DNA from: a virus
Lineage: Duplodnaviria; Caudoviricetes
IMG/VR virus record: IMGVR_UViG_3300044233_000092
Span: 1 to 30,953 of that record
Direction: 5' to 3' (one strand)
Length of the DNA: 30,953 nt
Below are positions 9,202 through 17,339 of this stretch, piece by piece (the stretch's first letter is position 1; each line of letters starts with the position of its first letter). Made by a program: the position numbers and the translations under genes. The notes beneath the pieces are model-generated. The model was not told the origin of the DNA, made no database searches, and was given only the letters and a program-made list of their open reading frames with translations.

Positions 9202-11669
9202 GCAAAAAAGTCCTCAATAGTATTACTATCAGAGGCGTCTATATGCCAGTTGATTGCACCTAGAATAAATCGTAATGGTTCCATAAATGATTTAGTGAAT
9301 TGTGTTTCATAATCAATATACCCATGCATATCAAACTCTTTAGGTAATTTAGATATAAAAGTAATACAGTTTGCATTCCATAGATTTTTTCTTAGGTGAA
9401 TATATTTACCTTTGTCGCCCTCATAGATAGATTGAAACTTATGACCAATCTTTTTAATTTTAAGTAGGTGATTATACATCAATGCACCTTTAACATGCAT
9501 TGGTGTACCTTTCTTGTATATAGATGTTCTATCACCATATTTCTTCACACCATTTATACTACGAGGAAAAGCAATCTGTTCAGGTGGTAACAATTCAAAC
9601 TCACGCCTAAAGTCAATAATAAATTGTTTCATTTCTTGTTGATCACCACCCATGATAACTTTGAATGCCTCTTTAAGTTTATCTCTACAAGGTAAAGGGG
9701 TAGAAGTTTTTACTGCCTCGATACCCATGATTTTTAATTTAGGTTCTGGGTATTGTACACCCTCAGAATTATGAACATTAAGAATATATCTTTTCTTTGC
9801 CGTCCAGATACCTTTGTCAGCGATAACTTCTCTTTTCATTACCATTTTGTTTTCATAAACATTCATGTAACTACCAAGTTCGTTATAACACTTTTCGATA
9901 TATGGTTCAAACTTTTCTGTACAGAATTGATCTAATGCTTTTACGATTTTTGTTTTATCAGTTGCACCAGTTAACTTTACAAGTGGTGCCATATTAACAT
10001 AGATACTATCTGTATCAGAGGCAATAACATAATCTTTATTGTCTGTTTTATATAACTTGTTAAAATACTCGTTGACTTTTTTATCTATCCATCTGATATT
10101 CAATTGACCAGATGTAGTGATTGCTTCTGCCTGTCTGTGGTCATAGTATCTAAAATATTTGTTACCAATCGCACCATAGGCACTATTTAAAGAAATCTTT
10201 TTAGAATGTTGTATTAGATAAAATTTTCTTGCCAGTTTTTCATACTTCTTATCTTTTGTGTTGGCATACATTTGTTCTGCCTCTAACATTTTCTTTTTGT
10301 AGATAACACGGTCGTCATATTCTCTTTTAATAATTCTAGGTAACATACCAAGTTTATTTGTTTTGTACATTGTGCCATTTGCAGCCATACAATTACCATC
10401 AGACATATCAATCTTTTTGTCTAGTAGTTCATCTATCAATACATCTTTACGATCAGATAATATTGTCTCTGGTGAAATATTATACTGCATAATCAAATGT
10501 GGATATAGTGAGTTTAAATCAAACGATACTACCCAATCATGGAAACCAGTAATAGGTTCTTTTACATATGCACCAACAAGTTCTTTCGATTGTGGATTCA
10601 TATCACGCATTGGTACAATCGTATTTGTTTTTAATAGTTCGTTGTAAATAATAGTGTCCCACATACGAACCTGTGAGAATACATCTTCATAATTTACTTT
10701 GGCATTGTATGCCATAGTGATTGCAAGTTCTATCAGTTGTAATCTATCTTCTAGTCTATCAACTAATTCAACATCTTGTATATTATAATCTATGAATGAT
10801 TGTATGTCTTGTTGATACCATTCTTTGAAAGTATCATATGGGTTATCGTCTTTTGTTTCACCAAGTTCTACAAAACCAATATGGTCTAGTTTATAACTCT
10901 CTTGGTTTTTGATTGTAAATTTTTGATAAAGTTGTAGGTAATCTAATTGTGCAATACCATGTAATCTAAAATAAGTTTGTGTCTTACCCATATAGTAGGT
11001 ACTATCTTCCATGACTTGACCCCAAGGCGACATTTTATTCTTTACAGTTTCACCAAGTATCTTATCAATTCGTCTTACAAGATATGGTATGTCAAAGTAT
11101 TTACTATTCCAACCTGTAATGATGTCAGGTGTATATTCTTTCCAGAATTTAATAAACTTGATAAGTAAATCTTTTTCATCAATACATTTTATATAATGCA
11201 CATTATCTTGTTTAGGTTTATAATCTGCTAAACCCCAAACCAATATTTGTTTTTTAACTTGGTCTTTGATTGTTATACAAATCATTTTTTCTGCATGGTC
11301 TTCTACATTAGGAAAACCATGTTCACTTTCAACCTCAATATCAATAGTGTAAATACGAAGTTTATCTTTATCATATTCTACTGTGCCAGAATATTTGTCT
11401 GAAATAAATTGATATTGAAATCTATCTGTGCCATAAACAAAGTTTTTATGTTCTTCATATCTTTTGATGGCACTTCTTGCCTCTCTTATTGTATTATAAG
11501 ATTTAGGCATAAGACCTTTGCCATCTAAAGAGTTATGGGTACATTGACCTTTGAATGGAAAATATAAACGAGGTTGGTATTTTATTCTTTCAGAAAATCT
11601 TTCACCGTTTTGAAAACCTCGTATGTGTAGAAAATCGCCATGTGGCGTAACATTCGTATAAAAATCCAT
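9198..11669 (-). CDS. 43: Family B DNA polymerase (T4 gp43)
   Basis: Exo I DIE, GWNSKYFD, YNIQD; polymerase motifs SFDLNSLYP, KISLNSAYG, SDTDS, KKRY. Confidence 0.98.
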   Translation of the reverse strand: MDFYTNVTPHGDFLHIRGFQNGERFSERIKYQPRLYFPFKGQCTHNSLDGKGLMPKSYNTIREARSAIKRYEEHKNFVYGTDRFQYQFISDKYSGTVEYDKDKLRIYTIDIEVESEHGFPNVEDHAEKMICITIKDQVKKQILVWGLADYKPKQDNVHYIKCIDEKDLLIKFIKFWKEYTPDIITGWNSKYFDIPYLVRRIDKILGETVKNKMSPWGQVMEDSTYYMGKTQTYFRLHGIAQLDYLQLYQKFTIKNQESYKLDHIGFVELGETKDDNPYDTFKEWYQQDIQSFIDYNIQDVELVDRLEDRLQLIELAITMAYNAKVNYEDVFSQVRMWDTIIYNELLKTNTIVPMRDMNPQSKELVGAYVKEPITGFHDWVVSFDLNSLYPHLIMQYNISPETILSDRKDVLIDELLDKKIDMSDGNCMAANGTMYKTNKLGMLPRIIKREYDDRVIYKKKMLEAEQMYANTKDKKYEKLARKFYLIQHSKKISLNSAYGAIGNKYFRYYDHRQAEAITTSGQLNIRWIDKKVNEYFNKLYKTDNKDYVIASDTDSIYVNMAPLVKLTGATDKTKIVKALDQFCTEKFEPYIEKCYNELGSYMNVYENKMVMKREVIADKGIWTAKKRYILNVHNSEGVQYPEPKLKIMGIEAVKTSTPLPCRDKLKEAFKVIMGGDQQEMKQFIIDFRREFELLPPEQIAFPRSINGVKKYGDRTSIYKKGTPMHVKGALMYNHLLKIKKIGHKFQSIYEGDKGKYIHLRKNLWNANCITFISKLPKEFDMHGYIDYETQFTKSFMEPLRFILGAINWHIDASDSNTIEDFFA

Positions 11670-11675
11670 TATGTA

Positions 11676-11704
11676 ATTATATCAGGTTTTGACTTATTTG
11701 TCAA
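11676..11704 (-). promoter_or_regulatory. Perfect sigma70 promoter TTGACA-17-TATAAT for gp43 (leaderless geometry)
   Basis: -35 at 11704-11699, -10 at 11681-11676, 6 nt to the ATG. Confidence 0.85.
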
Positions 11705-11903
11705 GTGGAAAATGTTTGTCTAATGCCTCAAGTTGATCTTCGTACATAGCAATCTGATTAAGTTCTTTTTCTAAAGTTTCAATGATATCGCTATGTTCAC
11801 CTATGCCTACAACTTGTCTCATGTAGACTTCCACATTTGCTTTATGTTTATCAATATGTCCCTGTGCGTGGGATCTAAGCGCTTGTATTATTTCCGTTCT
11901 CAT
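11694..11903 (-). CDS. Conserved hypothetical protein (69 aa, ANVEVY...GIGEH motif)
   Basis: GAGGAG SD before the ATG at 11903. Confidence 0.75.
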   Translation of the reverse strand: MRTEIIQALRSHAQGHIDKHKANVEVYMRQVVGIGEHSDIIETLEKELNQIAMYEDQLEALDKHFPLDK

Positions 11904-12315
11904 TTTTCTCCTCACTTGGTTTTTTACCAATGTTATATTTTGGTTCTAATATCCATTCATGTTTTTCTTTGAATGGTAGTACCTTAATTTGTGATAGAGG
12001 CGCTGTTGTGGTAACTTCACCAACAAGTTCTATAAGTCCCCAATCACTTAATAATTTACCAATAGTATTTCTTCTTTCAATATCATTGGCAAAAATATTT
12101 GCTGTCTTGCCATCTAAGGCAAATAACTCTTTGAAGTGAACAATAAAATATCTACCTTGTTTATGTAGTATATGACAAGATTGATATATCTTCCGTTCTT
12201 TTCTACTTGCAACACCTATTCGTGTTAGTGTCTCTCTAATTTTTAGGAAATCGTCTGGCTCTTTGATTTTCACCTCGAGCATTTGATCTGGTTTCCATTC
12301 TATAACTTCACTCAT
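11875..12315 (-). CDS. regA: Translational repressor RegA
   Basis: DDFLKIRETLTRIGVAS, QSCHILHKQGRYFIVHFKELF; position after gp62. Confidence 0.97.
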   Translation of the reverse strand: MSEVIEWKPDQMLEVKIKEPDDFLKIRETLTRIGVASRKERKIYQSCHILHKQGRYFIVHFKELFALDGKTANIFANDIERRNTIGKLLSDWGLIELVGEVTTTAPLSQIKVLPFKEKHEWILEPKYNIGKKPSEEKNENGNNTSA

Positions 12316-12704
12316 TTTTTCCCACCTTTATATAATCTCTCTTTTATATAATCAATCTGTGATTTGGTAAGAATGTTGAGAGCCTCACTTGCTTTCTTAT
12401 TTGAGTAACCATAGTATTGTTTTATAACATCAATATCTTTGATCTTACTCTTTGTTAACCACTTACTAAATCGTTTCTTATTTCTTATAGTATTTAGTAG
12501 AAACGAAAATTGCATGTGTTTTGAGGCATGATGTAACCTATTCATTTCGTTAGCATACATCACCGTATCAGGAAAGTAAGATAAACCTTTGTTGATAATG
12601 AATGGTGGATATTTCTTTTCCCAATCTTTATCATCACTATCTAGTAGTTTTTCTTTCGACCAGTTGATTGCGGTGAGGTAGTTTGTTAATTTATACTCAC
12701 TCAT
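12312..12704 (-). CDS. 62: Clamp loader small subunit (gp62)
   Basis: YPPFIINKGLS...ANEMN...KKRFSKW; synteny 45-44-62-regA. Confidence 0.93.
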   Translation of the reverse strand: MSEYKLTNYLTAINWSKEKLLDSDDKDWEKKYPPFIINKGLSYFPDTVMYANEMNRLHHASKHMQFSFLLNTIRNKKRFSKWLTKSKIKDIDVIKQYYGYSNKKASEALNILTKSQIDYIKERLYKGGKK

Positions 12705-13645
12705 TTGAATTTACACTCACCCATTATTTCTGTTAAACATGCCACCATATTTAACTCTGGGTCAGCCACAAACGCATTTTTATATTGATATTCTGCCAAT
12801 AGTATAACCATAGGTGGTATACTTTCTGGTTTCATAGTATTATAAAAGTTTGAATATAAATCTTTAAATAGTCCTGCAGGATCTTGGTCAATATTATCTA
12901 CGACCCACTTTCTCATATCACCAAAGTGTCTATTCTTTAGTGCCTTAGATAATGATTGTAGGTTTGCTTCAGATATTGTTACAAGTATGCCAGTATCTAT
13001 TTTACCAGATACAGAATATCTTTGTAACTCGTTTATTGTTCTTCTAAAGTCAGGATAATATTTGATGATTAATTCTGCAACAACCTTGGCGTCAAAGTCT
13101 ATGTTCTCTTGTTCAAGTATTGTACATAATCTTTTATGAAATAAACCTGCTAGTTGTTCTTTATCTTTATTCTGTATTACAAAATTTATAACAGTACACC
13201 TAGAATGAATAGCAGGTATAATTTTATTCTTGTAATTACATGTAAATATAAATCTACAATTATTACTAAATGTTTCGATAAAGTTTCTTAACGCAGGTTG
13301 CACGGACTCAGCATTCATATAATCTGCCTCGTCAACAATAACAACTTTTGGTTTATCACTTTCGTTTAGTGATACAGTACTGGCAAAATTTTTGATTTGA
13401 TTTCTTACAACATCAATTGAACGACCTTCGTCAGAACCATTGATGACCATAACATCACAATCAAGTTCATTACATAGTGCCTTAGCGACAGTAGTTTTAC
13501 CTGTACCAGCAGTACCAGATAATAATAAATTTGGTATATCACCTTGATTGAGTATAGACTTAAAAGTCTTTTTAATCTCAACGGGTAATATACACTCGTC
13601 AATCGTAGAAGGTCTATACGCTTCTACCCATAATGTGTTGTCCAT
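12701..13645 (-). CDS. 44: Clamp loader ATPase subunit (gp44)
   Basis: LWVEAYRP, GTAGTGKTT, DEAD, SRC motif. Confidence 0.97.
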   Translation of the reverse strand: MDNTLWVEAYRPSTIDECILPVEIKKTFKSILNQGDIPNLLLSGTAGTGKTTVAKALCNELDCDVMVINGSDEGRSIDVVRNQIKNFASTVSLNESDKPKVVIVDEADYMNAESVQPALRNFIETFSNNCRFIFTCNYKNKIIPAIHSRCTVINFVIQNKDKEQLAGLFHKRLCTILEQENIDFDAKVVAELIIKYYPDFRRTINELQRYSVSGKIDTGILVTISEANLQSLSKALKNRHFGDMRKWVVDNIDQDPAGLFKDLYSNFYNTMKPESIPPMVILLAEYQYKNAFVADPELNMVACLTEIMGECKFK

Positions 13646-13647
13646 AA

Positions 13648-14322
13648 TTATCCCTCATACTTACTTGTATTTTCTAACGCAACCCAATATTGTAGGGCTT
13701 TGTTCTTATGTTTGAAATTAGAAATAAGTTTAGATGATATATGAACAGTATAATCACCAGGTAACATTTTAAGATGTTCAGTTTTAAAATGAAAGTCAAA
13801 CGATTTGTTTGTATCACAAACGCCAACTTTTACACCGTAAGTGTTCGCTGTTTCGTTCTTCTTATCTATCGCGGACATCATTATATCACCATCATTTGAT
13901 TTAACAGATATGTCTGGTAATTGTAACATCGCGGCTGCCTTTTTAACTTTAATTAGGTCTGCCTCAGTAAGTGTAAACTCTACCTCTGTGTCAGGCATTT
14001 TTACATCTTTTTGTGGGGTAGTTAAGATAGAAGCGTCAGCGAAGAAATATTTAGACTTTGTAGAAGTACCTTCTTCATTGATTGTCATAAACTTTTCATC
14101 AAAAGTAAATGTTGGTTTACTGAATAAAGACATCATGCCTAAAAATTCAGATAGGTCGTATATGGCAATATCTTGCGGAAAGTCTTCTTCGACCTCTGCT
14201 GTTGCCAATATGTTTTTCATTGTAGAGATAGTCTTAATAGTTTTACCTGGTGTGATCATCAAGTTAGGATTGATCTCACTAAAGTTTTTAAGTATCTCTT
14301 TGGTATTATCACTTATTTTCAT
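13648..14322 (-). CDS. 45: Sliding clamp (gp45)
   Basis: MKISDNTKEILKNFSEIN, IYDLSEFL, YWVALE; AGGAG SD. Confidence 0.95.
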   Translation of the reverse strand: MKISDNTKEILKNFSEINPNLMITPGKTIKTISTMKNILATAEVEEDFPQDIAIYDLSEFLGMMSLFSKPTFTFDEKFMTINEEGTSTKSKYFFADASILTTPQKDVKMPDTEVEFTLTEADLIKVKKAAAMLQLPDISVKSNDGDIMMSAIDKKNETANTYGVKVGVCDTNKSFDFHFKTEHLKMLPGDYTVHISSKLISNFKHKNKALQYWVALENTSKYEG

Positions 14323-14333
14323 TATATAATCTC

Positions 14334-14711
14334 CTAGTCATTAGGGTTGTTTAACTTCTCTGCCATTGGGTTTCGAAGTGGTGCATTATCGTTCCATTTA
14401 CCAATATCGTGTTGTAGTAAATCTTCGTTTAGTGTTTCAAATAAAGACTTATCATTACTATAGTGGTCTTGCGATAATTGTATTATAGCATAGTGAATAA
14501 CTTTCATAAGATCATTCTTATTCTTGCCATCTTTTTTGCCATATCGTTGGGCATACTTTAAAATATTGCCCATACAAAAACCTTCACCATGACCTTGGTC
14601 AATGATGATTTCAGTTGCTTGTTTTTGTGTAGTTGAGTAATGTGAACGATAGGTTTTATCAATATACCTTTTCACATCATCTAAAATAATATTTTCTTTA
14701 AATTTATACAT
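14334..14711 (-). CDS. DUF3310 family protein (putative nucleotide-metabolism protein, T7 gp1.7-related family)
   Basis: HY...GFCMGNILKYAQRYGKKDG...DLMKVIHYA; ATG start chosen from promoter geometry. Confidence 0.7.
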   Translation of the reverse strand: MYKFKENIILDDVKRYIDKTYRSHYSTTQKQATEIIIDQGHGEGFCMGNILKYAQRYGKKDGKNKNDLMKVIHYAIIQLSQDHYSNDKSLFETLNEDLLQHDIGKWNDNAPLRNPMAEKLNNPND

Positions 14712-14717
14712 AATCAC

Positions 14718-14746
14718 ATTCTATCATAATTTAGTTTAAAAGTCAA
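14718..14746 (-). promoter_or_regulatory. Sigma70-type promoter TTGACT-17-TAGAAT
   Basis: 6 nt from the -10 to the ATG at 14711. Confidence 0.75.
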
Positions 14747-14764
14747 GCGGGGTTTACACCCCGC
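14738..14764 (-). terminator. Intrinsic terminator after hsp20 (GCGGGG/CCCCGC stem), overlapping the next -35
   Basis: GC-rich stem 14747-14764 followed by TTGACTTTT. Confidence 0.65.
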
Positions 14765-14773
14765 CCAAAAAAT

Positions 14774-15199
14774 TTATGCAATATCAATTGTTCTAGGTTT
14801 CTTACCTTCTGGTACGATTTTCTCTAAAGCAATTTTCAACATGCCGTCAACCATTTCTGCACCTTTCACTTCAACATCATCTGCCACAGTAAACGATCTA
14901 GTGAAATGTCTTTTTGCAATACCTCTATGTATTGTTTCAGTATCATCTTCATCTTTGTGGATAGATTTTATAGTCAATGAGTTATCAGCATAATGGACAT
15001 CTATATCTTTTTTATTGTACCCGGCAAGTGCCAGTTCAATAGTCCAGTTTAGTTCGTCTTTACCTTTAACGATATTATATGGTGGAAAAGTTGTTTGCTT
15101 ACTATCTAAATGTAAGTCAAAGTGATGGAAGAGATTATCAAACCCTATTGAGTAAGGTCTTAAATCACCCCATATTGATAAATTTCTTGTGCTATTCAT
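14774..15199 (-). CDS. hsp20: Small heat-shock protein Hsp20 (IbpA-like)
   Basis: FPPYNI, IELALAGY, HRGIAKRHFTRSF, DGMLKI; CAGGAG SD supports the ATG at 15199. Confidence 0.95.
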   Translation of the reverse strand: MNSTRNLSIWGDLRPYSIGFDNLFHHFDLHLDSKQTTFPPYNIVKGKDELNWTIELALAGYNKKDIDVHYADNSLTIKSIHKDEDDTETIHRGIAKRHFTRSFTVADDVEVKGAEMVDGMLKIALEKIVPEGKKPRTIDIA

Positions 15200-15205
15200 A
15201 GTATT

Positions 15206-15252
15206 ACTCCTGTTTAGCAAGTTTAAAATGTATACCCATCATGGCATATACA
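15206..15252 (-). promoter_or_regulatory. ROSE-like RNA thermometer in the hsp20 leader
   Basis: ACUUGCU-AAAC-AGGAGU hairpin with bulged G over the SD; upstream UGUAUA/UAUACA hairpin. Confidence 0.55.
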
Positions 15253-15256
15253 CTAT

Positions 15257-15264
15257 TATTTATA
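15257..15264 (-). promoter_or_regulatory. Late promoter TATAAATA for hsp20
   Basis: Exact consensus. Confidence 0.8.
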
Positions 15265-15268
15265 TAAG

Positions 15269-15367
15269 TAGGGTTTTGTTTTTTTCAAGTCTAAACCCTA
15301 AAAAGACTTATAATGTTGCACTTTACGAGAGGCAACTAACAACAGGTCTTACGAATTGCCTGTGTTA
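15269..15367 (-). ncRNA. Candidate structured RNA: two hairpins plus an H-type pseudoknot
   Basis: Pairings read by hand; CATAAATA late-promoter variant at 15369-15376 directly upstream. Confidence 0.5.
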
Positions 15368-15371
15368 CTAT

Positions 15372-15635
15372 TTATGCTCCAACGGCATTGTTCATGTTAT
15401 CTAGGGCAGCAAAACCTGCGGCAATTAGTGCCTTAGATGGGTTGCCAATTCTGTAACTGGTACCCTTTTTTGATTTGTTGATGTACACACAATGTCCATC
15501 TTCTCTTAACTTATTCACCACACTTCTTGGTGATTTTAAGTTGAATTTCTTTTGTGCATCTGTCCAAGAAATACTATTGCCTCTTAGCATTGCATTTAGA
15601 AATTTAGTTGAGTTTGCTATTCTTTTTCTAGCCAT
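15372..15635 (-). CDS. Small basic winged-HTH-like DNA-binding protein
   Basis: TAAGGAG SD; ISWTDAQKKFNLKSPRSVVNKLREDGHCVY pattern. Confidence 0.7.
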   Translation of the reverse strand: MARKRIANSTKFLNAMLRGNSISWTDAQKKFNLKSPRSVVNKLREDGHCVYINKSKKGTSYRIGNPSKALIAAGFAALDNMNNAVGA

Positions 15636-15660
15636 AATATACTCCTTATATAAGGTTGTA

Positions 15661-15864
15661 TTAAAGAAACCGCTCTTGCTGTCTCTTTAATTTGTTAATA
15701 CGCTTTAGACCCTCTTTGGCCTTGCGTTGTCTTTTTAAAGTAGGTTTCTCATAGTACTGGCGCATCTTCACCTCTTTTAAGATACCTTCTTTCATAACTT
15801 TTTTCTTTAGTTGCCTAATTGCTTTTTCAATATTGTTATTTCTAACTTTAACCTCTAGTGTCAT
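15661..15864 (-). CDS. rpsU: Phage-encoded 30S ribosomal protein bS21
   Basis: VRNNNIEKAIRQLKKKVMKEGILKEVKMRQYYEKPTLKRQRK; GAGGTG SD. Confidence 0.93.
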   Translation of the reverse strand: MTLEVKVRNNNIEKAIRQLKKKVMKEGILKEVKMRQYYEKPTLKRQRKAKEGLKRINKLKRQQERFL

Positions 15865-15986
15865 TGACTATTCACCACCTCTCTAATAATTTCTATTACT
15901 CCATTGTATATGATATAAGCAACATCAGGTCCCCATATCATTACTGCGGCATAACCTATAATTATACCTAGAATTAATTTAAACAT
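15861..15986 (-). CDS. 41-aa membrane protein missing from the ORF track (MFKLILGIIIGYAAVMIWGPDVAYIIYNGVIEIIREVVNSQ)
   Basis: AAGGTGG SD; ATGA overlap with the rpsU start; hydrophobic N-terminus. Confidence 0.75.
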   Translation of the reverse strand: MFKLILGIIIGYAAVMIWGPDVAYIIYNGVIEIIREVVNSQ

Positions 15987-16005
15987 TCTTACCACCTTTT
16001 AAGTT

Positions 16006-16042
16006 TGAGTACGGGTACTTCCCAGTGGGTTGCCCGTACTCA
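16006..16042. other. Strong intergenic stem-loop (TGAGTACGGG/CCCGTACTCA) without a U-tract
   Basis: 10-bp perfect arms plus an inner CCC/GGG. Confidence 0.7.
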
Positions 16043-16069
16043 TTGAGGTCTACATTATGAAAAATGGAT

Positions 16070-17239
16070 TTATTGGTCATCAACCAACTCCTCACCATCA
16101 TTGGAAGATCCTTGATTTAATTCTTCAATCGACACACCAGCGTCAACTTTAGTGTACAAATCAAGGAAACTCTTTTTAGTATCATCATCAAAACGATTGA
16201 TACAAACTTCAACAGCCTTTAACTTGTTGTTAAAGATTGCATAGGCATTAATGATATGAACCAATCTTCTGGTTGCAATAATCTCATCAACACCACCGTC
16301 AAAGAAAGTTTTACGAATAACCTCTGCCCACTTAACAAGATTGGCAGTAAAGTCAGTATCTTTTTTACCGTAATGATCCATTACATTATCTAAAATCTTT
16401 GTTTCAGTTTTTGCATTTGGATATTCTTGTTCGAATGTAACAGGAAATCTTTCTAGGAAAGCCTCGTTCATTATGTTAGTACCAATAAATCTACCGTCAT
16501 CAGAACCTTTACCTTTAGTATTAGCAGTGGCAACGACATTGAACCCATCTTTAGGTTCTACAAAGGTACCAGTCTTCTTTAAAAAGACACCGTTACCTTC
16601 TAGTATTGGTTGTAAACACATAATCTTATTAGACGCCAAATCTATTTCGTCTAATAATAGAACAGCACCACGCTTCATAGCGTCAACTACTGGACCATCA
16701 TGCCAAACAGTTTGACCGTCTTGCAATCTAAACCCACCAAGTAAATCGTCTTCATCAGTTTCGATTGTTATGTTAACTCTAATTAATTCTCTTTTAAGTT
16801 CAGCACAACTTTGGATAACACCTAAAGTTTTACCGTTACCAGAAAGACCAGTAATGAAAGTTGGATAGAAAATTTTAGATTTAATGATATTCTTAATATC
16901 TCTAAAGTTACCAAAAGGAACAAATGTTTCTTCTTTATTAGGTACAAGATTTTCTTGTATTGCAACCGCAGTAGATATTCTACCTTTAGTTACAGGTTGA
17001 GAAACAGGTTCAACTTTTTGTTTAACATTTTTAGATGGGTTTATAATATTTGGTAAAGTATAAACACCACGACCTTTTCTAGCCACTTGGTCTTTGTATC
17101 TCCAATGTGATACCCAAGAACCGTCAACTTTGAAATTTCTTTCAAGGTCTTTGATTTGTTGGGTTGTGATATCTAAAGAACCAAACTCTTTATGAGCAAG
17201 TTCGATAAATTCAATTTTAGTTTCATTCAATTTAGTCAT
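16070..17239 (-). CDS. cobS: MoxR/CobS-like AAA+ ATPase
   Basis: GLSGNGKT, LLLDEID, ATANTKG, NEAFLERF. Confidence 0.9.
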   Translation of the reverse strand: MTKLNETKIEFIELAHKEFGSLDITTQQIKDLERNFKVDGSWVSHWRYKDQVARKGRGVYTLPNIINPSKNVKQKVEPVSQPVTKGRISTAVAIQENLVPNKEETFVPFGNFRDIKNIIKSKIFYPTFITGLSGNGKTLGVIQSCAELKRELIRVNITIETDEDDLLGGFRLQDGQTVWHDGPVVDAMKRGAVLLLDEIDLASNKIMCLQPILEGNGVFLKKTGTFVEPKDGFNVVATANTKGKGSDDGRFIGTNIMNEAFLERFPVTFEQEYPNAKTETKILDNVMDHYGKKDTDFTANLVKWAEVIRKTFFDGGVDEIIATRRLVHIINAYAIFNNKLKAVEVCINRFDDDTKKSFLDLYTKVDAGVSIEELNQGSSNDGEELVDDQ

Positions 17240-17270
17240 AATAAAGTCCTCACTTTTTAATTATTGTTAT

Positions 17271-17339
17271 ATCCTATCATACTTTTGGTGATTTGTCAAC
17301 CATTTTCTTAAAATTAAAAGCATTATATTTCAATGACTT
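17271..17339 (-). promoter_or_regulatory. Putative early promoter TTGACA-17-TAGGAT with a 28-bp upstream box (copy 1)
   Basis: Same architecture as 19574-19642. Confidence 0.8.

Noticed and set aside
15269-15309. Known riboswitch (preQ1, SAM-II/V) identity for the pseudoknot
   Set aside because: The topology is similar but I cannot see the conserved ligand-binding nucleotides, and it does not overlap an SD.
15189-15404. 71-aa plus-strand ORF over the hsp20 upstream region
   Set aside because: Overlaps a late promoter and structured elements on the other strand; no initiation signal.
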